DNA of 64,000 bases from an uncultured Bacillus sp. (GTDB taxonomy: Bacteria > Bacillota > Bacilli > Bacillales > Cytobacillaceae), in NCBI GenBank assembly GCA_963530265.1, contig CAUSCO010000026.1, positions 5,138 to 69,137 of the forward strand, read 5' to 3'. The position numbers and the translations under genes are program-made. The notes under the pieces are model-generated. The model was not told the origin of the DNA. It did not search any database and was given only the letters and a program-made list of their open reading frames with translations. Shown in pieces: positions 41,397-51,741 of the stretch; position 1 is the first letter of the stretch, and each line of letters begins with the position of its first letter.

Positions 41397-42741
41397 TAAC
41401 AGCTGCCTCCAATACCTCGATAAATTGGTCAATCTCTTCTTTTGTCCGCTGCTCTGTCACTGCTAGTAGCATTTGATTTTCTAAGCCGTAATCCGTTCCT
41501 AAATCAAACCCACCGATGATACCGGCTTCAAGAAGTTTGGCATTAACTTCCTTGACCGGACGAGGAAGCTTAACAACAAATTCATTAAAGAATGGGGCAT
41601 TATTCATAATGGTAAAGCCTTTATTATCTAAAGATTTTGCCATGTAATCGGCTTTTTCAAAGTTTAGTTGAGCCATTTGACGAATTCCTTGCTTCCCAAG
41701 TGCACTCATACAAACTGCAGAAGCAAGTGCATTCAATGCTTGGTTTGAACAAATATTGGATGATGCTTTCTCACGGCGAATATGTTGTTCGCGTGCTTGC
41801 AGGGTTAGTACAAATCCAGGTTGTCCTTTCTCATCTGTCGTTTGCCCTACAATTCGTCCTGGGATTTTTCGCATTAATTTCTTACTTACTGTAAAATAAC
41901 CACAGTGCGGACCGCCGAAGGACATAGGGATTCCTAATGGCTGCATATCACCAACCACAATATCTGCCCCGAATTTCCCCGGTGCCTGCAGCAATGCTAG
42001 TGCCAAAGGATTGGCACTTACAATTAAAAGCGCTCCTTTTGTATCCGCTATACTTTTAATTTCTGCTAAATCTTCAATGGAACCGAAAAAGTTTGGGTAT
42101 TGAACTATAACAGCAGCAGTGTCTTTATCAATTTGTCCTTGTAGCTTCACTAAGCTTGTTTCATCAGCAGTAAGATTGACGTCTTCAACAATATAACCTT
42201 GGCCATCTGCTACCGTATTTAAAATGGCACGTGATTCAGGATGAACTGCCTTTGATATAAGCACTTTTGAACGTCTTGTTGATGCAACGGCAAGTGATGC
42301 AGCTTCTGCAAGAGATGTAAAGCCGTCATACATCGAAGAATTGGCCACATCCATTCCTGTCAACTCACAAACCATGGTTTGAAATTCAAAAATCGCCTGT
42401 AATTCACCTTGGCTGATTTCCGGTTGATATGGTGTATAGGCTGTGTAAAATTCGGAACGAGAAATCATATGATTGACCACACTTGGAATATAGTGATCAT
42501 AGGTTCCCGCACCAAGAAAGGTTGGGTACTGATTAGCATTCTTGTTTTTGGAAGCAAGCTGATTCATTTTTTTCAATAAAAGTGGTTCAGGGTCCGCCTT
42601 TGGGATATTTAGCTCACCTTTTAGTTGAATTTCAGCTGGAATATCTTCAAATAACTCATCTATAGAAGAAATATTTAAAAAAGAGAGCATTTCCTCTTGA
42701 TCCTGTTTCGTATCAGGGAGGTATCGATAAGTTGACGTCAT
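41389..42741 (-). CDS. gcvPA: glycine decarboxylase P protein subunit 1
   Basis: [28 protein letters not shown]. Confidence 0.96.
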   Translation of the reverse strand: MTSTYRYLPDTKQDQEEMLSFLNISSIDELFEDIPAEIQLKGELNIPKADPEPLLLKKMNQLASKNKNANQYPTFLGAGTYDHYIPSVVNHMISRSEFYTAYTPYQPEISQGELQAIFEFQTMVCELTGMDVANSSMYDGFTSLAEAASLAVASTRRSKVLISKAVHPESRAILNTVADGQGYIVEDVNLTADETSLVKLQGQIDKDTAAVIVQYPNFFGSIEDLAEIKSIADTKGALLIVSANPLALALLQAPGKFGADIVVGDMQPLGIPMSFGGPHCGYFTVSKKLMRKIPGRIVGQTTDEKGQPGFVLTLQAREQHIRREKASSNICSNQALNALASAVCMSALGKQGIRQMAQLNFEKADYMAKSLDNKGFTIMNNAPFFNEFVVKLPRPVKEVNAKLLEAGIIGGFDLGTDYGLENQMLLAVTEQRTKEEIDQFIEVLEAAVNG

Positions 42742-42742
42742 T

Positions 42743-43138
42743 TTATTCCTCTCCTTCATGAATAAAGGCTTGGTACGCATCTTCATTTAATAGGGATTCC
42801 AACTCTTCTGGATTTGACATTGCCACTTCTACTAACCAACCTGCTTCAAATGGATATTCGTTTATCGTTTCAGGAGCATCTTGTAAATCCTCGTTCACAG
42901 TAACAATCGTACCGGATACAGGAGAGTATAGTTCAGAAACTGCTTTTACTGATTCGATGGTTCCCATTGATTCATTCGCTGTTACTTCACCATCCACTTC
43001 TGGAGTTTCAACAAAGACGATATCCCCTAATTGCTTTTGTGCATAATCAGAGATGCCAATCCGTACGCGATTTCCGTCTAATTGTAATACCCACTCATGT
43101 TCTTTGCTGTATAGTAAATTTGCTATAGCATTTGTCAT
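42743..43138 (-). CDS. gcvH: glycine cleavage H protein
   Basis: YSKEHEW, lipoyl-Lys motif IESVKAVS. Confidence 0.95.
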   Translation of the reverse strand: MTNAIANLLYSKEHEWVLQLDGNRVRIGISDYAQKQLGDIVFVETPEVDGEVTANESMGTIESVKAVSELYSPVSGTIVTVNEDLQDAPETINEYPFEAGWLVEVAMSNPEELESLLNEDAYQAFIHEGEE

Positions 43139-43239
43139 TGTATTTTCTTCCTTCCGACTGTAAATTAGAGTTTGATCATTCAGCTAATTGGATTACCTAC
43201 CTTCTTTAAGCAAGTTAAAAAGAGAACTCTATCACTCTA

Positions 43240-44352
43240 TTAACCTTTTTTATAAAACGGTGTTTTAACAACAACAGCATCAATCTGTTTATTACGGATC
43301 TCCACTTTAAGTGGTGTCCCCACTTCTGAGTGTTCCGCCGAAATTAGTGCAAGACCTATGCTTTTCTTTAATGATGGTGATTGGGTTCCAGATGTAACAA
43401 CACCAATATCCTCTCCACCTTCAGAAACTACCTTATAACCGTGACGTGGAATCCCCCGGCCTGTTACTTCAATTCCTACTAATTTTCGTTTTAATCCGGC
43501 TTCTTTTTGTGCTGAAAGTGCGGTTTTACCAATAAAATCACTTTCTTTATTCGTTTTAACGGCAAAGCCGATTCCTGCTTCAAGCGGACTTATATCGCTT
43601 AATAGCTCTTGACCATAGAGTGCAAGACGTGCTTCTAATCGAAGCGTGTCACGTGCACCAAGTCCACATGGCTTTAAGCCATCTTCACTTCCCACTTCTA
43701 AAAGCTTTTCCCAAAGTGCTTCTACTTGCACAGCGGATAAATATAGCTCAAAACCATCTTCTCCTGTATAACCGGTACGCGATACTAGCACATCAGTAAT
43801 CCCGTCAAGGTTGACATGCTGAGCAAAATTAAATGATCTAATTTCTGATAAATCTGTTTCCGTTAACTTTTGTAAAATTCCTTCAGCCTTTGGCCCTTGG
43901 ATGGCAAGCTGAACTATTGTCTTCGAAATATTTTGGAGCGTCATATCTCCTTTTACATGCTGCTTCATCCATTCGTAGTCTTTTTCAATGTTTGAAGCGT
44001 TAATGACGAGTAAATATTTTTCATTCTCTAATTTGTAGACTAATAAATCATCGACCGTTCCGCCGTCTGGATAGCACATTGCGGTATACTGTGCCTGATT
44101 GATGCTAAGCTTTGTCACATCGTTTGTTACAAGGTAGTTAATATAGCTTTCTGCATCTGTCCCTTCCACAAGCACTTCCCCCATATGAGAGACATCAAAC
44201 AATCCTGCTTCCTTTCGGACAGCTTCATGTTCATCTAAAATGCTAGAAAACTGCACGGGCAGTGCCCAGCCTCCAAAATCAATGACCTTGGCACCAGATT
44301 TTTTATAAACTTCAAATAGCGGTGTTTGCTTTAACGCTGTTTCAATACCCAT
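43240..44352 (-). CDS. gcvT: glycine cleavage T protein (aminomethyltransferase)
   Basis: [31 protein letters not shown]. Confidence 0.96.
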   Translation of the reverse strand: MGIETALKQTPLFEVYKKSGAKVIDFGGWALPVQFSSILDEHEAVRKEAGLFDVSHMGEVLVEGTDAESYINYLVTNDVTKLSINQAQYTAMCYPDGGTVDDLLVYKLENEKYLLVINASNIEKDYEWMKQHVKGDMTLQNISKTIVQLAIQGPKAEGILQKLTETDLSEIRSFNFAQHVNLDGITDVLVSRTGYTGEDGFELYLSAVQVEALWEKLLEVGSEDGLKPCGLGARDTLRLEARLALYGQELLSDISPLEAGIGFAVKTNKESDFIGKTALSAQKEAGLKRKLVGIEVTGRGIPRHGYKVVSEGGEDIGVVTSGTQSPSLKKSIGLALISAEHSEVGTPLKVEIRNKQIDAVVVKTPFYKKG

Positions 44353-44367
44353 TGATATACCCCCTAC

Positions 44368-45252
44368 CTAAGATTTCCGACAAAATAGTCGTTCCTTAAC
44401 CTGTTTGCCTGTTTCTGTCGTTGCGAGACCACCAAGTGCTGTTTCTCGGAGTGTCCGAGGCATTTCTTTTCCGACCCTATACATCGCTTCTATCACTTCA
44501 TCACAAGGAATGCGGCTTTCAATCCCAGCAGGGGACATATCGGCCGCTGAAAATGCGATGGAGGTTCCAATCACATTTCGTTTAATACAAGGCACTTCAA
44601 CAAGTCCTGCGACTGGATCACAAACTAAACCTAAGAGTGACTTCATGGCAATAGCAGTGGCATTCACAGCTTGTTGTGGGGTGCCCCCTTTTAACTCAAC
44701 GATTGTTCCCGCGGCCATGGCTGTTGCGGATCCTACCTCAGCTTGACAGCCTCCAGCCGCCCCCGAAATGAAAGAACGGTTCGCTATGACAAATCCGAGC
44801 ATACTTGCTGTAAACAACCCCATGACTAAATCTTTATATGGTGTACCATCATTTTTATGAAGTGAAAACAATACACCAGGCAAAATACCAGCTGCCCCAG
44901 CCGTTGGAGTAGCCACAATGACCCCCATTCGTGCATTACTTTCAGAAGTTGCCAATGAAAAGCTCATTGCATTGCTTATATACTTTCCTGAAAGAGATTT
45001 ACCTTGTTGAACATAATTAGACATTTTCACGGCATCTCCGCCAGAAATTCCACTCGGTGCAGTTGATGTATCTTTTATACCGCTATCAACGGCTTCTTTC
45101 ATTTTGATCAACCGCTCTTCCATCATGCTAATAATGGTTTCTTGGTCTCTTCCTGACTTTTCTGCTTCCATCATCAACATGATTTCACCAATGGTTTTTT
45201 GTTCGTTTTCACAAGCTACAATCAGCTCTTTCATGGACTGAATCTCCATCAT
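44368..45252 (-). CDS. sdaAA: Fe-S L-serine dehydratase alpha subunit
   Basis: ATPTAG, GGCQAE, GLVCDPVAGLVEVPC (three Fe-S Cys). Confidence 0.93.
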   Translation of the reverse strand: MMEIQSMKELIVACENEQKTIGEIMLMMEAEKSGRDQETIISMMEERLIKMKEAVDSGIKDTSTAPSGISGGDAVKMSNYVQQGKSLSGKYISNAMSFSLATSESNARMGVIVATPTAGAAGILPGVLFSLHKNDGTPYKDLVMGLFTASMLGFVIANRSFISGAAGGCQAEVGSATAMAAGTIVELKGGTPQQAVNATAIAMKSLLGLVCDPVAGLVEVPCIKRNVIGTSIAFSAADMSPAGIESRIPCDEVIEAMYRVGKEMPRTLRETALGGLATTETGKQVKERLFCRKS

Positions 45253-45770
45253 ATTGCCTCCATAAGGGACTTTGCACCTCGGTTGATTATGAAACTAGCA
45301 ATGTCTCTAAAGTCATCGACTGCACTTAAACGAATATCTGCTTTCTCCTCGTCAACCATAAAGATCTTGGATAAACCACCACCAAGTGATGCGCCGCCAA
45401 CTTTTACAACACGATCGCCGCATTTTGCTGTCACGATTGTTGTATTTGGATGGTCATAATATTCGCAAATGTCTTTAAATTGGAAATGGTACTTCATGCC
45501 AACCTCTTTTGCCCATTCCAACGAATGTTTAATTCGTGTATCATCGGTATCCATCCCAAGCAAACCACCAAGAAGTGCTTTATCTGTTCCATGTCCTTGA
45601 TAAGTTTCAGCAAAGGAATCATAAAATACAATATTGGCCTCTTGTGGACAATCACCCAATAGTTCATAAATGAATTTTCCGATGGATACGACCCCTGCGG
45701 TATGAGAACTCGATGGTCCCACCATAATAGGGCCAATAATGTCAAAACAACTCTGAAATTCCATCCTCAT
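45249..45770 (-). CDS. sdaAB: L-serine dehydratase beta subunit, short form without ACT domain
   Basis: IIGPIMVGPSSSHTAG, GHGTD.AL, HPNT, S.GGG; only 173 aa. Confidence 0.88.
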   Translation of the reverse strand: MRMEFQSCFDIIGPIMVGPSSSHTAGVVSIGKFIYELLGDCPQEANIVFYDSFAETYQGHGTDKALLGGLLGMDTDDTRIKHSLEWAKEVGMKYHFQFKDICEYYDHPNTTIVTAKCGDRVVKVGGASLGGGLSKIFMVDEEKADIRLSAVDDFRDIASFIINRGAKSLMEAI

Positions 45771-45779
45771 GCCCCTTTC

Positions 45780-47030
45780 TTAAACAGTGACTGCCTGTTG
45801 AAATAACGGATAGGCTTCACAAATCGCTTTGGTTGTTTCCTTTGCTTCCTCAAGTACGGCTTTATCCCCTTTGCTCTTCAGAACAGCTGCAATTACTTTC
45901 CCGATTTTCACCATTTCATCCTGCTTCATACCGCGTGTCGTTAAAGCTGCTGTCCCCATACGGATACCGCTCGTAACAAACGGCTTTTCCGGATCATATG
46001 GAATCGTATTTTTATTTACGGTAATACCTGCTTCTTCTAATAATTTTTCTGCTTCTTTTCCAGTTAGATTCCACGGACGTAAATCTAAAAGGACAATATG
46101 ATTATCCGTTCCACCAGAAACAAGAGCGGCCCCATCATTTATTAATGTTTCACCTAAGGTTGCAGCATTTTCAATGATTTGTTTCGCATAATCCTTAAAA
46201 CTTGGCTGCAATGCTTCCTTAAAAGCAACCGCTTTAGCTGCAATAATGTGCATGAGCGGCCCGCCTTGAATCCCTGGGAACACCGATTTATTGATGGCTT
46301 TTATCATCTCATCATCGTTTGTTAAAATAATGCCGCCGCGCGGTCCTCTCAACGTTTTATGTGTAGTGCTCGTTACAACATCCGCATATGGAACTGGCGA
46401 TGGATGAAGACCAGCTGCAACAAGTCCCGCAATATGTGCCATGTCCACCATGAATTTTGCACCAACTTGATCAGCAATTTGTCTAAACCGTGCAAAATCA
46501 ATCGTCCTAGGATAAGCACTTGTACCGGCAATGATCAATTTCGGCTTTTCTTTTTTCGCGATCGCTTCCAGTTCATCATAATCAATTAATTGAGTATCTT
46601 CATTCACACCATAGGATACAACCTCAAACCATTTTCCTGAAACACTAACAGGACTTCCGTGAGTTAAGTGGCCTCCATGTGAAAGGTTCATGCCCATCAC
46701 TTTATCACCAGGCTGAAGCAGTGCGAAAAATACTGCAAAATTTGCTTGTGCACCTGAGTGAGGTTGAACGTTTGCATATTTAGCACCAAATAGCTTTGTT
46801 AGGCGCTCAATGGCTGCTTTTTCTGCTACATCGACAAATTCGCATCCGCCATAGTAACGCTTACCAGGATAACCTTCTGCATATTTATTTGTCAGCACGC
46901 TTCCCATTGCTTCTAATACATCCTGGCTTATGAAATTTTCTGATGCGATCAACTCCAATGTTTGATGTTGACGTTGCCTTTCTTTTTCAATTGTTTCAAA
47001 AATGGTTTGATCATTCGTTTGCAAACTCAT
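45780..47030 (-). CDS. glyA: serine hydroxymethyltransferase
   Basis: [40 protein letters not shown] before ATG 47030. Confidence 0.97.
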   Translation of the reverse strand: MSLQTNDQTIFETIEKERQRQHQTLELIASENFISQDVLEAMGSVLTNKYAEGYPGKRYYGGCEFVDVAEKAAIERLTKLFGAKYANVQPHSGAQANFAVFFALLQPGDKVMGMNLSHGGHLTHGSPVSVSGKWFEVVSYGVNEDTQLIDYDELEAIAKKEKPKLIIAGTSAYPRTIDFARFRQIADQVGAKFMVDMAHIAGLVAAGLHPSPVPYADVVTSTTHKTLRGPRGGIILTNDDEMIKAINKSVFPGIQGGPLMHIIAAKAVAFKEALQPSFKDYAKQIIENAATLGETLINDGAALVSGGTDNHIVLLDLRPWNLTGKEAEKLLEEAGITVNKNTIPYDPEKPFVTSGIRMGTAALTTRGMKQDEMVKIGKVIAAVLKSKGDKAVLEEAKETTKAICEAYPLFQQAVTV

Positions 47031-47092
47031 TCTTATTTCCTCCTCTATTTGGATAGAGCTGCCAGTCCATATTATGTTCCTTTTTTGCACAC

Positions 47093-47322
47093 AAAAAAGG
47101 ACAGAAAAGGGTAATGGCAACATTCCCTTCTCTGTCCTTTTACCTGAGAGTTTAACTCTATACAAAAAGAGTCTTCCCCTTTGGTGGCATGTTATTAATG
47201 CGCTCTCCAGAGTTGCGTCCAATTGTGGTTCTTTCTACCTGAGAGATTTGTTCCAAGGGTTTTTTTGGAACTTGCTCCTTCGGTGGCTCGTCGTATTGCA
47301 CTCTCCCACAACCGTCATCCGC
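47093..47322 (-). ncRNA. tandem glycine riboswitch (ON) with terminator, upstream of glyA
   Basis: Two aptamers GGAGAG..CACCGAAGG..CUCUCAGGUA, kink-turn leader GGAUGA/GGACGC; terminator stem overlaps aptamer-2 P1 (aaaaggacagag). Confidence 0.95.
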
Positions 47323-47346
47323 GAATATTGAATTTTTATTATATTT

Positions 47347-47397
47347 AGAATAATTGGTGATTATAGTAATGTCAATGTTTTTTTGTAAGCGTCAACA
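47347..47397 (-). promoter_or_regulatory. sigmaA promoter plus cre-like site for the glyA operon
   Basis: TTGACA(47370-75)-N17-TATTCT; TGTAAGCGTCAACA at 47384-47397. Confidence 0.55.
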
Positions 47398-47437
47398 ATT
47401 CATCTTCTAAAATTCTTGGATTTTTGTTCGTTGCCTC

Positions 47438-48826
47438 TTAATTTTCTACAACCTTTTCCTGAATTGTTAGATCATCATTATTCGCCTTCGTTGTTCGCAT
47501 TTTATAAATCGCAATTAGCAAAATAAACCAAACAGGAGTTACAAACAAGGCAACACGCGTATCTTCCGCAAGTCCAAGTATGACAAGAACGAACGCTAAG
47601 AAGGCAAGGATTAAGTAATTGGAAAATGGATAAAGCGGCAATTTAAATTTGTTCACTTTCGCTAGATCTGGTCTGGTTTTCCGGTATTTCAAATGGCTGA
47701 TGACAGTAATTCCCCAAATAAAGATAAAACATACTGTAGAAATACTTGTAATCAGCGTAAATACTCCTTCTGGCATAATATAGTTCAAAATAACGGTAAC
47801 TAGAATAACGACAGTGGAAAAGAACAGTGCATTTGAAGGTACTTGACGGGAATTAAGCTTTGCAAAGGGTACAGGTGCATTTTTATCTTTGGCAAGTGTG
47901 TATACCATCCGGCTTGTACTGAAGATGGCGCTATTACATGCCGAAGCTGCAGACGTTAGGACGACAAAATTGACAATTCCAGCAGCTACAGCGATACCTA
48001 CCGCTACGAAAACTTGGACGAATGGGCTTTTAGCTGGGTTGATGGAGCTCCAAGGATAAACACTCATAATGACAATAAGGGCGCCGATGTAGAAAATTAA
48101 AACCCGAATAGGAATATTATTGATTGCTTTTGGGATCACTTTTTCCGGGTCTTCAGTTTCACCTGCAGTTAGTCCTACAAGTTCAATTCCCACAAACGCA
48201 AACACCACCATCTGGAATGAGAGGATAAAGCCATTTATGCCATTTGGAAACATGCCGCCGTGTCTCCATAGATTCGAGAAACTAGCTTGACCGGAATTTG
48301 TGGAAAAGCCTTTAATAATCATGAAAATTCCGATCACAATTAGTGCTAGAATCGCAATGACTTTAATTAAAGCGAACCAGAATTCCATTTCACCAAAAAG
48401 TTTTACAGTTGCAAGGTTCATGATTAGCAAAAGGACAAGTGCAATTAGTCCTGGCATCCACTGTGGTACATCAGGAAGCCAATACTGAGTATAGAGACCA
48501 ACAGCAGTTAAGTCAGCCATTGCAATTGAAATCCAGCAAAACCAGTAGGTCCAGCCAGTGATAAATGCGGCCATATTACCAAAATAGTCCCTTACAAAGT
48601 CGACAAAAGAATGATATTTCAAATTGGTTAAGAGGAGTTCTCCAAGTGCACGCATGATTAAAAAGCAAATGATCCCTGTAATCAGGTAAGCAAATAAAAT
48701 CGATGGTCCCGCTAAATGAATAGATTTTCCTGCCCCCAGAAATAATCCTGTTCCGATTGCTCCGCCAATAGCGATTAATTGCACGTGTCTATTTTTTAGA
48801 CCTCTTGACAATTTTTGTTCCTGCAT
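47438..48826 (-). CDS. APC amino acid permease (CycA/AapA-like, Gly/Ala/Ser)
   Basis: GLKNRHVQLIAIGGAIGTGLF, FGEMEFWFALIKV; lies in the glycine locus. Confidence 0.88.
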   Translation of the reverse strand: MQEQKLSRGLKNRHVQLIAIGGAIGTGLFLGAGKSIHLAGPSILFAYLITGIICFLIMRALGELLLTNLKYHSFVDFVRDYFGNMAAFITGWTYWFCWISIAMADLTAVGLYTQYWLPDVPQWMPGLIALVLLLIMNLATVKLFGEMEFWFALIKVIAILALIVIGIFMIIKGFSTNSGQASFSNLWRHGGMFPNGINGFILSFQMVVFAFVGIELVGLTAGETEDPEKVIPKAINNIPIRVLIFYIGALIVIMSVYPWSSINPAKSPFVQVFVAVGIAVAAGIVNFVVLTSAASACNSAIFSTSRMVYTLAKDKNAPVPFAKLNSRQVPSNALFFSTVVILVTVILNYIMPEGVFTLITSISTVCFIFIWGITVISHLKYRKTRPDLAKVNKFKLPLYPFSNYLILAFLAFVLVILGLAEDTRVALFVTPVWFILLIAIYKMRTTKANNDDLTIQEKVVEN

Positions 48827-48949
48827 ATGATTTCACTCCCCCTATTTATCTAGGATAATTAAAATAAAATAATTCATATTTATATCCTGTAAAAGTTTAA
48901 TATTTTATCAGTCAATTTGGCTATAAAACGCTTACATTTTTAAGTAAAA

Positions 48950-49127
48950 TAAAATCCTCATTAGGACCAGCAAGTTCCGGTGAGTCCAATTCTGTCATAC
49001 TGAATTCCTATTCCAATAATGCCTCCAATCCTCAGCATATCCAAATTAAAGTTTCAACTTTTATTAACCTGAGTGGAATCGAAAAAGAAAGTCCCAAATT
49101 ATTAGTTTTGTGTTTAACTCCTCCTTT
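48950..49127 (-). pseudogene. relic of an APC amino acid permease 5' end
   Basis: Strong AAAGGAGGAG RBS without a start codon; broken frames read IGGIIGIGI..LTG and ELAGP. Confidence 0.45.
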
Positions 49128-49154
49128 TTTTCTTATATCTATCTTTCTCCACAC

Positions 49155-49358
49155 AAAAAAGGACAGAGAAAAATAGGGAATTTCCTATTTTTCTCTGTCC
49201 TTTTACCTGAGAGTTTAACTCCTTTGGTGGCACATGGCTCTCTCCAGAGACGCGTCCTATTGTGGTCCTTTTACCTGAGAGATTGATCTCCCAATTTTTG
49301 GGACTTGCTCCTTCGGTGCTAAACAAATCGTTTAGTCTCTCCCACAATATTCATCCGC
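49155..49358 (-). ncRNA. second tandem glycine riboswitch with terminator
   Basis: Same two-aptamer architecture; TTGACA(49402-07)-N17-TAGTAT promoter; long terminator stem followed by U6. Confidence 0.93.
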
Positions 49359-49531
49359 TATTGATTTATTTAATATAAATACTAGAGTATAGCAAGGATG
49401 ATGTCAATTGAATATTCAGAATTTAGATATAATTTTTAATTTACTCAACCTTATTCATCATGAAATAAGTACAAACCGTTGGCTGTTTTGAAAAAACTTA
49501 ATGATATTTCTTTATCAATACATTAAAAGGA

Positions 49532-50794
49532 TTACACCTTTCTAACAGTAAAAAATTTTGTTATAAGCCAGGGTGCTGCAGTAAAACCAAGTGATAATTG
49601 CCACGCACCAATGGACTGTAAATTATACTGACGTACTAATATCATTTTTTCACTCATACTTCTAACGTCTTCAAACCAAACCTCATGTAACTGTCCCTGT
49701 TGATCTCTATACCGAAAGAAAGGTGTTTGATATTCCACCGAATATTGTATGGGAGATTGATATCTTATGGCTGTTGCAATAGCGTTTTGATTTGAAATGC
49801 CCGGTGCAATGGTTCCTGGCCTATATGGTAGTAACCAATCATATCCATATCTAGGTACCCCAAGTACAATTTTTCTTGTTGGAATCCTAGAAATAGCAAA
49901 TTCAATTGTTCTCCTAACCTCAGTAATAGGTGCTACTGGCCCTGGTTCACTGCCGCTATGATGCCAATCATAAGCCATAATAAACATAAAATTGACGACA
50001 GACCCAATCCCCCCATAATCATAACCCCTTAGCCATGGGAAATCCTCCCCTGTTATAGGTGGAACGGATATTGTTAACAAATATCTTGAGGGTTCAAGTC
50101 GGTCTCTCAATTGACGTAAAAAGCCTGTAAAAAGATCCCGATCCTGGGCACCTACCTGTTCAAAATCAATATTTACTCCTCCGTATCCTTTTCTAGATAC
50201 TAAGTAAACGATATTATTGATAAGATTTGTTCTTGCTGTTGGATTATTTAGAACTTGATGGACAAGTTGGGTACTAAAGCCTTGCTGGGTAAGATTTGTA
50301 ATTGTAACAAGTGGAGTTACTTTGTTGCCCCAGGACGCTTGGATGGCAGCTAAATCATTTAAATCATTTACAATATCTCCATTTTCAGCAAAATGGTATT
50401 CAAAGATAGCAATGGAAGACGTATAGGGTGCGAAATCCCTAATCAATGTCTGATCTAGTTCTGGACTCCGAACAGTATAAAATCCCAATGTTGCTGCAAC
50501 ATAATCAGAAATATTTGGTATTGTTATTTTCATGCCTGGCTGTAATAAATTGGGATCAACGGCGGGATTGGCCGCTCTTAATTGCTCTACAGATACCATT
50601 GCTTTTCTTGCAATACTCGTAAATGTATCACCCGGCTGAACAGTATATACATAAAGTGGAATAAGCAGTGCTAAACCTGGAACTATATTCATTCCCTCTA
50701 AGCCGTTAACAGCACGAATTTGGTCTACAGGATAATCATACCTTTGACTAATTGAAAATAGTGATTCCCCTGGCTCAACTGTATGAATAAACAC
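49532..50794 (-). CDS. LysM x2 + GH18 spore glycoside hydrolase (YdhD/YaaH-like)
   Basis: Two LysM domains, GGVNIDFE catalytic motif, MAYDWH, HEVWFED. Confidence 0.9.
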   Translation of the reverse strand: MFIHTVEPGESLFSISQRYDYPVDQIRAVNGLEGMNIVPGLALLIPLYVYTVQPGDTFTSIARKAMVSVEQLRAANPAVDPNLLQPGMKITIPNISDYVAATLGFYTVRSPELDQTLIRDFAPYTSSIAIFEYHFAENGDIVNDLNDLAAIQASWGNKVTPLVTITNLTQQGFSTQLVHQVLNNPTARTNLINNIVYLVSRKGYGGVNIDFEQVGAQDRDLFTGFLRQLRDRLEPSRYLLTISVPPITGEDFPWLRGYDYGGIGSVVNFMFIMAYDWHHSGSEPGPVAPITEVRRTIEFAISRIPTRKIVLGVPRYGYDWLLPYRPGTIAPGISNQNAIATAIRYQSPIQYSVEYQTPFFRYRDQQGQLHEVWFEDVRSMSEKMILVRQYNLQSIGAWQLSLGFTAAPWLITKFFTVRKV

Positions 50795-50978
50795 ATATTC
50801 CCCCCTCATCTCCTTCTCGCTTTTGAAAATATACTCGAAAAAATTTTAAAAAATAACCTTCTATATAAATATTAATTTACCTTTAAATAAATGTTATCTG
50901 TTTAATTAATAAATCCACAAAGAAAATACAAAATAATGGATAGTGTTATTAGTAAAAATCGTCCTGTGATCAAACTAA

Positions 50979-51737
50979 TCATATTCCTATTTCCCGCATT
51001 TTTATCGTTACTACTTCGACTCTGCTATCAATATCCGTCCCGTCAAACTTCGGAAGCTTCAACTCACTCACGATTTTTCCGTCACGCATAAACATAATAC
51101 GCTCCGTCCGCGACGCAATCTTTGCGTCGTGAGTTACAAGCATAACCGCAGTACCTTCCGCGTTAATTTCGGAAAACATGTCGATAATCTCCTCTGCAGA
51201 TTTTGAGTTGAGCGCGCCCGTGGGCTCGTCGCCGAAGATGATTTTCGGGTTGTTCATAAGAGCACGGCATATTCCAGCACGCTGAAGCTGACCTCCCGAG
51301 GCTTGTGTAATGTCGCGCTTTTCAAGCTCCGCAATACCTACCCTTTTCATAAGCGTTCTTGCCTTCTCCAAAATTTTTGCGGCGTTTTTTCTGTTGCTGC
51401 GCATTGTCGGAAGAATGATGTTGTCGAGGATATTCAAATTTTTCAGCATAGTCGGCTGCTGAAAAACAAATCCCATTTTTGTTCTACGTATTTCTGAAAG
51501 TTCATTCTCTCCGACCGCCGATAAATCCCTGCTGTCAAAAACGACCTTTCCACCGTCAACACCGTCCATTCCGCTCAGCGCAAACAGCAGCGTTGTTTTT
51601 CCTGAACCCGAAGGTCCCATAACCGCAACGAACTCGCCCTCGATTATTTCAACGGACACTCCGTCGAGAACATTGTGCTGTTCATTGCCCTTGCCATAAG
51701 ATTTTACTATACGATTACCAATAATAATCTTCTTCAT
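50979..51737 (-). CDS. ABC exporter ATP-binding protein (LolD/MacB-like)
   Basis: GPSGSGKT, SGGQLQR, DEPTGAL, VTHD. Confidence 0.95.
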   Translation of the reverse strand: MKKIIIGNRIVKSYGKGNEQHNVLDGVSVEIIEGEFVAVMGPSGSGKTTLLFALSGMDGVDGGKVVFDSRDLSAVGENELSEIRRTKMGFVFQQPTMLKNLNILDNIILPTMRSNRKNAAKILEKARTLMKRVGIAELEKRDITQASGGQLQRAGICRALMNNPKIIFGDEPTGALNSKSAEEIIDMFSEINAEGTAVMLVTHDAKIASRTERIMFMRDGKIVSELKLPKFDGTDIDSRVEVVTIKMREIGI

Positions 51738-51741
51738 ATGC

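Noticed and set aside
38525..47030. Reductive glycine (CO2/formate-fixing) pathway
   Set aside because: No fhs or folD in the window, PurU hydrolyses formyl-THF, and glycine-ON riboswitches point to the catabolic direction
47031..47222. 64-aa N-terminal extension of GlyA in the ORF track
   Set aside because: It runs through riboswitch aptamer 2 and the terminator; a strong RBS precedes ATG 47030
49114..49347. 77-aa ORF
   Set aside because: Coincides with the second glycine riboswitch and has no RBS
49411..49425. CodY box upstream of riboswitch 2
   Set aside because: Four mismatches to AATTTTCWGAAAATT in AT-rich DNA, which is not distinguishable from chance
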